A DNA stretch of 64,000 nucleotides from a virus, in IMG/VR virus record IMGVR_UViG_3300029788_000157; one strand, 5' to 3'. The notes under the pieces were generated by a model. The model saw nothing but the letters and a program-made list of their open reading frames with translations, searched no databases and was not told the DNA's origin. Both the position numbers and the translations under genes were made by a program. Shown piece after piece: positions 56,148-64,000 of the stretch (position 1 is its first letter; the number at the start of each line of letters is the position of its first letter).

Positions 56148-56152
56148 CTTAT

Positions 56153-56224
56153 AGGAAGTTGGTGTAATGGCAACACAACAGTCTCCAAAACTGTAAGTTT
56201 AGGGTTCGAATCCTTAACTTCCTG
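56153..56224 (+). tRNA. tRNA-Trp (CCA)
   Basis: Acceptor AGGAAGT/ACTTCCT, anticodon loop CTCCAAA. Confidence 0.6.
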
Positions 56225-56230
56225 TTTTAT

Positions 56231-56314
56231 GGGCGAGTATGCAAAATGGTGAAGCGAGCTGACTGTAAATCAGTGACGTAAGATACATTGTGGGTTCGAA
56301 TCCTACCTCTCCCA
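56231..56314 (+). tRNA. tRNA-Tyr (GTA), long variable arm
   Basis: Anticodon loop CTGTAAA, long variable arm, T-loop TTCGAAT. Confidence 0.5.
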
Positions 56315-56320
56315 TTTATA

Positions 56321-56400
56321 GTGAAAGTATTTTAAAAGTAGAATATCCGAATTTATGAATAAGACAACGGAAGGTAGAGGTTCAAATCCTCTCTTTCACT
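56321..56400 (+). tRNA. tRNA-like gene with aberrant/expanded anticodon arm (isotype unassigned)
   Basis: Perfect 7-bp acceptor GTGAAAG/CTTTCAC and T-arm AGAGG-TTCAAAT-CCTCT, but the region between is 8 nt too long for a standard anticodon arm. Confidence 0.3.
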
Positions 56401-56405
56401 AATTT

Positions 56406-56488
56406 GCTGGTGTGGTGGAATTGGCAGACACATTGGGTTTAAGCCCCAATTGCATATAGCAGTACGAGTTCAAATCTCGTCACCAGCA
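56406..56488 (+). tRNA. tRNA-Leu (TAA), long variable arm
   Basis: Acceptor GCTGGTG/CACCAGC, anticodon stem TTGGG/CCCAA with loop TTTAAGC. Confidence 0.55.
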
Positions 56489-56522
56489 TTGTGCTTCTCT
56501 ACATAATGAGAACCTTTATTTT

Positions 56523-56593
56523 AGAGTGTGTGGTGTAATGGTAGCATACGTGATTTGGGGTCATGGGGAGCAGTTCAAATCTGACACATTCTA
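56523..56593 (+). tRNA. tRNA-Pro (TGG), slightly degenerate T-stem
   Basis: Anticodon arm CGTGA-TTTGGGG-TCATG resembles bacterial tRNA-Pro(UGG); acceptor AGAGTGT/ACATTCT. Confidence 0.45.
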
Positions 56594-56600
56594 TTTCTAT

Positions 56601-56673
56601 TGCGGAATAAAGCAGCGGTTAGCTTACCAGTCTCATAAGCTGGGTGTCGTGAGTTCGAATCTCACTTCCGCAT
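56601..56673 (+). tRNA. tRNA-Met/Ile2 (CAT)
   Basis: Acceptor TGCGGAA/TTCCGCA, anticodon loop CTCATAA, T-arm GTGAG-TTCGAAT-CTCAC. Confidence 0.55.
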
Positions 56674-56748
56674 TAATAATGGTATAACTTTGCGGAGTTA
56701 TAGCAGATGAAAACCTACTGCATTAAGGTAAGCAATGACCTTAATTAT

Positions 56749-56821
56749 GGCTTCGTGGTCAAATGGTTAAGACACCACTCTTTCAAGGTGGGATTGATGG
56801 GTTCGATTCCCTCCGAAGTCA
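56749..56821 (+). tRNA. tRNA-Glu (TTC)
   Basis: Acceptor GGCTTCG/CGAAGTC, anticodon loop CTTTCAA. Confidence 0.5.
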
Positions 56822-56825
56822 TTAT

Positions 56826-56897
56826 GGTGTATTTAGTTTAATGGTAAAACGCTAGATTGTGATTCTATGGTTGAGGGTTCGATTCCTTCAATACACC
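56826..56897 (+). tRNA. tRNA-His (GTG) with encoded G-1:C73
   Basis: G-1 paired to discriminator C; acceptor GTGTATT/AATACAC; D-stem GTTT/AAAC; anticodon loop TTGTGAT. Confidence 0.55.
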
Positions 56898-56901
56898 TTT
56901 T

Positions 56902-56984
56902 GGAGAGTAAATCTATATGGTATAGAGCCTGTCTGCTAAACAGTGCGTACCGAAAGGTATTTAGTTCGATTCTAATGCTTTCCG
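56902..56984 (+). tRNA. tRNA-Ser (GCT), long variable arm
   Basis: Anticodon loop CTGCTAA, long variable arm, acceptor GGAGAGT/GCTTTCC with two G-U pairs. Confidence 0.5.
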
Positions 56985-56987
56985 TAT

Positions 56988-57060
56988 GGGATTGTAGTTC
57001 TAATGGGAGAATAACTGCTTTGCAAGCAGAAGGTTGTGGGTTCAAATCCCACCAGTTCCA
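56988..57060 (+). tRNA. tRNA-Ala (TGC)
   Basis: G3:U70 identity pair present; anticodon loop TTTGCAA; T-arm GTGGG-TTCAAAT-CCCAC. Confidence 0.55.
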
Positions 57061-57064
57061 TTTT

Positions 57065-57146
57065 GGATGTGTAGCCAAGCGGTATGGCAACTGGCTTTTA
57101 ACCAGTATATCGAAGGTTCAAGTCCTTTCACATCCACTATTGCTCC
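57065..57146 (+). tRNA. tRNA-Lys (TTT)
   Basis: Acceptor GGATGTG/CACATCC, anticodon loop CTTTTAA. Confidence 0.55.
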
Positions 57147-57151
57147 TATAG

Positions 57152-57223
57152 TGATAATGGCAGCACGTTTGACTTGTAATCAATTAGTCACAGTTCGAAT
57201 CTGTGTGGGAGCTTATGCATTAT
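57152..57223 (+). tRNA. tRNA-Thr (TGT)
   Basis: Anticodon loop CTTGTAA, T-arm CACAG-TTCGAAT-CTGTG. Confidence 0.5.
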
Positions 57224-57226
57224 TGG

Positions 57227-57298
57227 TCTAAAGGCTATGATTTCTGATTTCCAATCAGACGATATGGGTTCGATTCCCATATAATGCTTGTATCCGTA
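57227..57298 (+). tRNA. tRNA-Gly (TCC)
   Basis: Acceptor GCATTAT/ATAATGC, anticodon arm TCTGA-TTTCCAA-TCAGA. Confidence 0.55.
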
Positions 57299-57301
57299 TA
57301 G

Positions 57302-57366
57302 CTCAATGGAATTAGAGCATCGTTCTTCTAAAGCGGTTGTTTTCGGTTCGAATCCGAATACGGATG
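57302..57366 (+). tRNA. tRNA-Arg (TCT)
   Basis: Acceptor ATCCGTA/TACGGAT, anticodon loop CTTCTAA. Confidence 0.5.
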
Positions 57367-57371
57367 TTTAT

Positions 57372-57461
57372 GGAAGTGTACTCAAACTGGTGAAGAGGTC
57401 TGTCCTGAAAACAGATAGGTCGGTGTGAATCGGCATAGGGGTTCGAATCCCTTCGCTTCCG
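57372..57461 (+). tRNA. tRNA-Ser (TGA), long variable arm
   Basis: Acceptor GGAAGTG/CGCTTCC, anticodon arm TCTGT-CCTGAAA-ACAGA, long variable arm. Confidence 0.55.
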
Positions 57462-57494
57462 CTATTAAAATTATGCAATGAAAGGACTGAGAAA

Positions 57495-58838
57495 ATGAAT
57501 CTAACAGATGAAATATCTAAACTTGGATTAACCTCTGAGCAGTATGAAGAGTGTGTCCAGTTAATTATTGATAAAAAAAACAATATCAATGATATTGATT
57601 GGCAAGAAATTTGTAATAAGTATAACTTGCAGATTTCAGCAGATACGCTTCGAAAAGCAAATGGAACAATTTTCGGTGGTGCTTTTGTTGCAGAATATTT
57701 CAATCAAAAAGAAGATACATCAGATGATGATGCTATTGCAAAAATGCAAAAGAATTTTAATTCTGAAACATCTATTAATAAAGATGGTACATATTCATCT
57801 AACAAGCTTTTGATTATGAATGAGGAAGATTCAAAAGACCCTTCATTCATTTTAAAGGCACATGGTTTTGATACTGCTTGTTGGAAAATTGTTAGTGCAA
57901 GAAATAATATTCGCCAAGTAATTAGCAAACAAGATGGTATTGTTACTTTGTATGCAAGTTTTATTACGGTGAAACCTATAGTAGATTTAACTCTGGAGCA
58001 GATAGATACATTTTATAGTGAGTTGGTGAATAAATACACCTCTCCTATTGTTAAGGCTTTAAAACCTTCTCAGAGTGAATTAATGCTAGAAGTACCTATA
58101 GAAGATGTGCATTTTGGAAAATTAAGTATGTCTGAAGATGTTGCAGAACCATATAATTATAATTTAGCAAAAGAATGTGTAAATTCTGTTGTTGATAATA
58201 TTATATCAAATGTTTCAGGAATGAAATTTGAAAAAATTATTTTTCCTGTTGGTTCTGATTTCTTTCATGTAGATAATGTAAATTGTACTACTACTGCTGG
58301 CACAAGACAGGATACAGATTTAAGTCCACAATTAATTTTCAAATATGGGTTGGAATGTTTAATTGAAAATATTCTTAAATTATCTCAACTTGCTCCAGTT
58401 GAAGTGTTTTGTATAAATGGAAACCATGATTTTCTTTCTTCATATCATGCAATTTGTTCATTACAATGTTTCTTTCATAATAATGAAAATGTAATTGTTA
58501 ATACAGATACATCACCTAGAAAATATATTGAATATGGAAACAACCTTATTGGATTTACTCATGGTGACAAAGAAAAGAAACGTATTGAAGGATTAATGCA
58601 GATTGAAGCTAGAGAAGCTTGGGGTAGAACTAAGTTTCACGAAATACATATGGGGCATTTACATAGTGAACACGTAAGAGAGGTAAATGGAATCATTATC
58701 AGAAACTTATCTTCTTTTACAGGAACAGATGCTTGGCATCATAATAGTGGTTATGTTGGTGCAATTAAAAAGTGTCAGTGTTTTATTTGGGATAAAAATA
58801 AAGGTCTAAAAAATATTATAATGACAAATTTTGAGTAA
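57495..58838 (+). CDS. calcineurin-like metallophosphoesterase-domain protein
   Basis: CINGNHDF (GNHD motif), GFTHGDK and HMGHLHS (GHxH motif) in the C-terminal half. Confidence 0.45.
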   Translation: MNLTDEISKLGLTSEQYEECVQLIIDKKNNINDIDWQEICNKYNLQISADTLRKANGTIFGGAFVAEYFNQKEDTSDDDAIAKMQKNFNSETSINKDGTYSSNKLLIMNEEDSKDPSFILKAHGFDTACWKIVSARNNIRQVISKQDGIVTLYASFITVKPIVDLTLEQIDTFYSELVNKYTSPIVKALKPSQSELMLEVPIEDVHFGKLSMSEDVAEPYNYNLAKECVNSVVDNIISNVSGMKFEKIIFPVGSDFFHVDNVNCTTTAGTRQDTDLSPQLIFKYGLECLIENILKLSQLAPVEVFCINGNHDFLSSYHAICSLQCFFHNNENVIVNTDTSPRKYIEYGNNLIGFTHGDKEKKRIEGLMQIEAREAWGRTKFHEIHMGHLHSEHVREVNGIIIRNLSSFTGTDAWHHNSGYVGAIKKCQCFIWDKNKGLKNIIMTNFE

Positions 58839-58887
58839 GAGTGAATTTTTATATTCACTCTTATTTTTATGGAAAGGTGGTGTCGTA

Positions 58888-59880
58888 ATGGGTAGACCTT
58901 CAAAAGCAATGAGCAAAAAACCTACGGTTACGACACTTCAATGTTGTAATTGTAAAACAGATTATGAAGAAACTGAATTTTATGATTCTAACAGTGTGTT
59001 TTTTCAGGGTTCTGGAAAAATACCATATTGCAAAAATTGTATAAATGAAATTTATACGCATTATGTTGAGAAATATGCTTCAGAAGGTTGTGATTTCCCA
59101 GAGCAGAAAGCCATCAAGCGTTTATGCATGGGATTAAACATTTATTATAGTGATGCTATTTTTGATACTGCAAATAGAAATTCTCAGAATCAGCCTAATC
59201 AATCATTGGTCTCTTCCTATTTTCAGTTGGTAAATTTACGACAATATCGAAAAAAGAATTATGATACTACTCTATTTGATTACGAAAAGAGTAATGCGGA
59301 TGATGATAGTTCGTATAAAAAGACTGGTTCAAGAATCAATAAGAAAACCCGAAGATTTTGGGGAGAAGGATTTCCAGATGAAGATTATGAATTTCTTCAG
59401 GAACAATACGATGATTGGACTACTCGGCATGAGTGTAATACAAAAGCTCAAGAAGAGGTTTTTAAACAGATATGTTTTACTCAGCTTGAACTTTTAAAAG
59501 CAACTAAAGCAAAACAGGATACCAAGGATTTGACTGAGACATTTAGAAAATTGTTGGATACAGCAAAATTGCAACCAAAACAAAATTCTTCAGATACGAT
59601 GTCTGATGCTCAAACATTTGGTACTTTAATTGATAAATGGGAAAATACTCGTCCTCTTCCAGAGATAGATGAACAACTACAAGATGTTGATAAAATCGGA
59701 CTCTATATGGATGTATTTTTTAGAGGGCATCTCTCTAAGATGATGGGAATTAAAAATGCATTTTCCAATTTATATACAAAATTCATCAAAAAATATACGG
59801 TTAATAAACCCGAATATGATAGTGATGATAGTTCAGAAGTTATTTTTGATGCAATTTTTGGCAATCATGATTCTGAATAG
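58888..59880 (+). CDS. putative terminase small subunit / DNA-packaging protein with N-terminal zinc ribbon
   Basis: Immediately upstream of terL; start at MGRPSK after SD GGAAAGGTGGTG; CCNC...CKNC. Confidence 0.3.
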   Translation: MGRPSKAMSKKPTVTTLQCCNCKTDYEETEFYDSNSVFFQGSGKIPYCKNCINEIYTHYVEKYASEGCDFPEQKAIKRLCMGLNIYYSDAIFDTANRNSQNQPNQSLVSSYFQLVNLRQYRKKNYDTTLFDYEKSNADDDSSYKKTGSRINKKTRRFWGEGFPDEDYEFLQEQYDDWTTRHECNTKAQEEVFKQICFTQLELLKATKAKQDTKDLTETFRKLLDTAKLQPKQNSSDTMSDAQTFGTLIDKWENTRPLPEIDEQLQDVDKIGLYMDVFFRGHLSKMMGIKNAFSNLYTKFIKKYTVNKPEYDSDDSSEVIFDAIFGNHDSE

Positions 59881-59894
59881 GGGGTGTTGCTTAT

Positions 59895-61676
59895 ATGGCA
59901 GAAACATCCCGAAAAAAATCTGAAAAACAGATTATAAAAGAAAAAGCCCAGCGTTTAATGGAAGGAATTGCAATTTGGGCTTCATTTTACAGGTGTAATC
60001 CTCAAAGATTTGTAAAGGATTATTTGAATATAAATTTAAAATTATTTCAAAAGATATTGCTTTTTGAAATGATGCGTAACAACTATTTTATGTATGTAGC
60101 TGCCAGAGGACAAGGAAAAACGTGGCTTACTGCCCTATTTTGTATCGTTCGATGTATTTTATTCCCTAAGACTAAAATATGTATAGCTTCTGCAACCAGA
60201 CCACAGGCAAACGAGGTTTTGTCTAAAATCACAGACGATTTTATGAAAAACTATGGTTGGGGGTCTGAAAATTTAAAGAATGAAATTTCATACAGTGTTG
60301 TTGGTAATAACAAAGCTGTTATTGAATTTAAGAATGGTTCTTGGATAAAGGTTGTTACTGCTGCTGATAGTGGTCGTGGTAATCGTGCGAATATTCTGAT
60401 TATTGATGAGTTCCGAATGGTTGATTTGGATACTATTAATACAGTTTTAAAAAGATTCTTAACTGCACCTAGACAACCAAATTATTTAAACAATCCTAAA
60501 TATGCTCATTTGCTTGAACGAAATAAAGAAATCTATATGAGTTCTGCATGGTATAAAAGTCATTGGAGTTTTGAAAAGGCAAAAGCATATGTGGTTAATA
60601 CATTGGATGATAAGAAAAAGTATTTTATTTGTGGATTGCCATACCAAATTTCTATTATGGAAGGTTTGCTTTCAAGAGAACAGATTGAAGATGAGATGTC
60701 TGAAAGTGATTTTGATGAGACAAAGTTTTCTATGGAAATGGAATGTCTATGGTATGGAGATACAGATGGTGCTTTCTTTACATTTGATGATATTACCCAA
60801 CGTAGGAAATTACAAACTGCTATATACCCACCAAGTATAACTGGTAATAGTAGATTGTTAAAAATTCCTGAATTACTTCCAAATGAAAGACGAATATTAT
60901 CAGTTGACGTTGCGTTAATGGCATCAAAGAAAAACAAAAATGATGCCAGCTCTATTATTATAAATAGTGCTATTCCAACAAGTAATAATAATTATTTGTC
61001 AAATATTGTATTCCTTGAAAATCACGAAGGTTTAACAACGGATGAATTAGCATTAATAGTTCGAAGATTATATCATCAATATAAATGTACCGATTTAGTT
61101 ATTGATACAAATGGTGTTGGTCTTGGTGTATATGATGCTCTTGTTCAAGATATGTTAGACCATGAAACAGGTGAATTATATCCAGCATTATCTTGTTGTA
61201 ACGACAAGCTCATGGCAGAAAGATGTAAAGTTGAAAATGCTCCAAAAGTTATTTGGTCTATAAAAGCTAATGCCAACTTTAATAATGAAGCTTGTATTTT
61301 ATTAAGAAGTGGTTTCCAATTAGGAAAAATAAATCTTTTGGTTTCTGAATTTGAATCTGAAGAGATTTTGAAAGATAGAATTAAAGGATTTAATAAAATG
61401 CTTCCTTATGAACAAATGCAATATAAAATGCCTTATGTTCAGACTACTCTTCTTGTATATGAGTTAATCAATCTGGAGCATGAAATCAAGGGAACAAATA
61501 TTAAAATCACAGAAAAAAGCGGTATGCGTAAGGATAGATATAGTTCTTTGGCATACAACTATTGGGTTCAATGTCAACTTGAAAGAGAGATGTTGAGGAA
61601 ACCTAAGAGTGGATTTAATGCCGAAGAATATGCTAGTAAATTACGGAAATTAAATAAAAAGCCTAGAGCTTATTAA
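59895..61676 (+). CDS. terL: terminase large subunit
   Basis: Walker A AARGQGKTW, Walker B ILIIDEF, C-terminal nuclease-like region. Confidence 0.8.
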   Translation: MAETSRKKSEKQIIKEKAQRLMEGIAIWASFYRCNPQRFVKDYLNINLKLFQKILLFEMMRNNYFMYVAARGQGKTWLTALFCIVRCILFPKTKICIASATRPQANEVLSKITDDFMKNYGWGSENLKNEISYSVVGNNKAVIEFKNGSWIKVVTAADSGRGNRANILIIDEFRMVDLDTINTVLKRFLTAPRQPNYLNNPKYAHLLERNKEIYMSSAWYKSHWSFEKAKAYVVNTLDDKKKYFICGLPYQISIMEGLLSREQIEDEMSESDFDETKFSMEMECLWYGDTDGAFFTFDDITQRRKLQTAIYPPSITGNSRLLKIPELLPNERRILSVDVALMASKKNKNDASSIIINSAIPTSNNNYLSNIVFLENHEGLTTDELALIVRRLYHQYKCTDLVIDTNGVGLGVYDALVQDMLDHETGELYPALSCCNDKLMAERCKVENAPKVIWSIKANANFNNEACILLRSGFQLGKINLLVSEFESEEILKDRIKGFNKMLPYEQMQYKMPYVQTTLLVYELINLEHEIKGTNIKITEKSGMRKDRYSSLAYNYWVQCQLEREMLRKPKSGFNAEEYASKLRKLNKKPRAY

Positions 61677-61692
61677 AGGAGGTGAGATATGC

Positions 61693-63246
61693 ATGAGTAG
61701 AAAACGAAACAGAAATAAGTCTCAAAATTCTCAGAAAAAATATGCTTATGTTCCTGTGTATTCAAAAGCAGACTATGAAAAAGATGAACGTGATTTTTCT
61801 AAAAGCGAGAAAAATGGAAAAATAAATTGGAGTGCTTTTCAGCGTTTGATGTTAAGAGATTTGTGTACAAATTCACATATTATAGAAACAGGCTATATTG
61901 GTGAAGTAAAATTGGAAGATGCTGAATTGGCTCTAAAATACCCTAAACAGGGTTGGCGAATCTTATTGGCTATTTCTGAAGAACTTATGCATATTTCTCC
62001 ACATTATTTTCGTTTAAATAGTCTTTATAGTAATATGGCATTATTTTGTTGGTGGATTGATTTATATGATGTCAAAGAAAATGCCAATATCACTACTATA
62101 AAAAAACTATATGGAAATTTGGCTGCAAAGCTTGAAACAATGAATCTAAAACATGAATTTGCTAAAATTATGAAGGTAATTCCTTATCAAGATATATATT
62201 GTGGTTTACTTGTTGAAAATCAAACTGATTTTTTTATTCAACAAATAAATTATAAAATATGTCGATTATATGAGGTTCAAGATGGATTATATAATTTTAT
62301 TATTAATCTTTCTGCTATTCAACCTCAGAAGTTGTCAGCTTATCCTGATTACGTTCAAAAGGCTTATCTTGATTTTCAGGATGGAAAGTTGAGTAGCAAT
62401 TGGTATTACCCACCAGCAGACAGGCAGATTTGTGTAAAATTGAATAGTCAGTGGACATATCCCTACCCTCTTCTTATTGGATTGGTTAGGGATATTTTAG
62501 ATTTAGATGTTTATAAAAAACTCAAATTGCAATCTGCAAGAACTGATAACTATAAGGCAATTATGGTTAAAGTTCCAATTGATGAAACAACGGTTGACAA
62601 ACCATTATTAACCCCAGATACTCTTGGAATTTTTGCGGAAATCAACAGAGAAAGTATGAGTGATGATATTGGTTTAATTCATACCCTTGGTTCTGATGGG
62701 GAAGCAATTAGTTTTAAAGACTCAAGCAATACCAGAAACAATGTTTCAGATGCTATTGATGAAATATACAATGCATCTGGAGAAACAAAAGAACTATTTA
62801 ATGGTTCTTCTTCTGGTACAGCGGTTACATTTTCTGTGGAAAATGATTCTGGATTCATTTATGGATTATATCGTCAGTTTGAACGATGGATGAACAGATA
62901 TATCAAACTGAGAAAATATAATAAGTCAACATTTAAGTTCTATTTTTATCTTTTAGATATAACGATTTTTAATCGTGACAATGTATCAAAAAGGTATAAA
63001 GAAGCTTGTACTCTTGGTGCAAATGTCATTGATAAATGGCTTGCCACTTTAGATATGACCCCTTCAAGAACTTTAGGAGCAAAAATTATTCATCAAGATA
63101 TTTTTGATTTTTACAATAATTTTATCCCCCTCTCCTCTTCATACAATGGTGGGGAAGCTGGTAGACCTACTAATGAATCTCAAGGAAAAACTTTGGATGT
63201 TAGCGGAGAAGTAACTAAAAATCGTGATAGCAATAAAGATAGGTAG
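61693..63246 (+). CDS. putative portal protein
   Basis: 517-aa ORF immediately after terL (synteny). Confidence 0.45.
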   Translation: MSRKRNRNKSQNSQKKYAYVPVYSKADYEKDERDFSKSEKNGKINWSAFQRLMLRDLCTNSHIIETGYIGEVKLEDAELALKYPKQGWRILLAISEELMHISPHYFRLNSLYSNMALFCWWIDLYDVKENANITTIKKLYGNLAAKLETMNLKHEFAKIMKVIPYQDIYCGLLVENQTDFFIQQINYKICRLYEVQDGLYNFIINLSAIQPQKLSAYPDYVQKAYLDFQDGKLSSNWYYPPADRQICVKLNSQWTYPYPLLIGLVRDILDLDVYKKLKLQSARTDNYKAIMVKVPIDETTVDKPLLTPDTLGIFAEINRESMSDDIGLIHTLGSDGEAISFKDSSNTRNNVSDAIDEIYNASGETKELFNGSSSGTAVTFSVENDSGFIYGLYRQFERWMNRYIKLRKYNKSTFKFYFYLLDITIFNRDNVSKRYKEACTLGANVIDKWLATLDMTPSRTLGAKIIHQDIFDFYNNFIPLSSSYNGGEAGRPTNESQGKTLDVSGEVTKNRDSNKDR

Positions 63247-63254
63247 GAGGATAT

Positions 63255-64000
63255 ATGGCTTATTCAAAAATTAAAAAATCTGTATTATCCTTTCCTGTCA
63301 TGTTTCAAAAAACTGAGGAAATTGAAAATTCAGATTGTCGATTTACAAAAGTAAAAATTTGGTTAATGCATCTTGGTCAGAATTATAACGGAAGTGTTTT
63401 TGAAAAATCAGTTGTTGATGATGCGTTGCCTACATTGGGATATATTCCTATTGTAGCATTTATTGAAAACAATCGTTCTGGAGAACAGGACTGTTCTGAC
63501 CATAGATATATTATTACAAAAGACGAAAAAGGTGTTCGTAGAAAATATCAGGGTGTTGCATATGGTGTAATTACTTCTGGTGCGGATAACAACGCTCATT
63601 ATGAAGAAAGACTTTGTGATGATGGAGAAACACGAACATTTTTAGTTGTTGATGGATTAATTTGGAATATGTTCGAAGATAGCTCAAACATTATCAATAG
63701 AGATTTGATTAAATCACAATCAATGGAATTGTGGGATGATGGTTCATCTGTAGAGGGCTATGAGGACGAAAATGGAATTTTTCATTTTACCAAATTCTCA
63801 TTCAGAGCTGCTTGTATCTTAGGAAAAGATTATGAGCCAGCAATGATTAATTCAACTGTTGAAGTTCAATTCACTATTAGTGATTTTGTTAAGAATATCC
63901 AGAGTGAATTAAACGATAAATTTACAACTTTCACCAAATTGGTGAATGAGAAAAATACTAAAGGAGGTATTGGAACTATGCCAAATACAGACTTCACACA
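63255..64000 (+). CDS. head morphogenesis protein (partial; continues past window end)
   Basis: Open frame from the ATG at 63255 after SD TAGGAGGA, with no stop before the window end. Confidence 0.3.
   Translation, partial: MAYSKIKKSVLSFPVMFQKTEEIENSDCRFTKVKIWLMHLGQNYNGSVFEKSVVDDALPTLGYIPIVAFIENNRSGEQDCSDHRYIITKDEKGVRRKYQGVAYGVITSGADNNAHYEERLCDDGETRTFLVVDGLIWNMFEDSSNIINRDLIKSQSMELWDDGSSVEGYEDENGIFHFTKFSFRAACILGKDYEPAMINSTVEVQFTISDFVKNIQSELNDKFTTFTKLVNEKNTKGGIGTMPNTDFT

Overview
This 64-kb window is a dense phage or prophage segment from a low-GC, Shine-Dalgarno-using (probably Firmicutes/Clostridia) host. About 50 kb of leftward (minus-strand) genes is followed by a ~2.3-kb non-coding hub and then a rightward block. 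Recognised leftward genes: a DnaB-like helicase (plus an adjacent N-terminal fragment, possibly a primase), a P-loop ATPase, a Pnkp-type kinase/phosphatase/ligase RNA-repair enzyme, YopX, YqeY, an HD hydrolase, cysteine desulfurase, a PAPS-reductase-like PP-loop enzyme, a radical SAM protein, SprT, a C5 and an N6 DNA methyltransferase, a sigma factor, a contiguous NAD+ salvage/reconstitution set (nicotinamidase-like PncA, Prs/Adps-like, NAMPT/Namat-like, macro domain, NadE, and a distal NadM), three tRNAs, an IS605-type TnpB element, an SPFH protein, a long pentapeptide-repeat protein, a DUF262 protein, a tyrosine recombinase and many small early-type genes. Recognised rightward genes: a replication-initiator-like protein, a 949-aa DxDGD protein (candidate YonO-like single-subunit RNA polymerase), HU, 17 tRNAs, terminase large subunit and a portal-like protein. 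Beyond the coding sequence, I found by eye four type-I hammerhead ribozymes in 5' leaders of small genes, and three recurrent promoter-like motif families: an 18-nt motif with 18 copies, a sigma-A-like promoter overlapping a palindromic operator with 8 copies, and a bipartite GTCACAAG...GAGTGG motif with 5 copies. Other non-coding features are an origin-like region with mirrored strand composition, G-runs and iterons, a (TC)25 microsatellite, and a C5-MTase whose motif I has no in-frame canonical start. Coordinates for RNA genes and motifs are hand-derived and approximate to within a few nucleotides.
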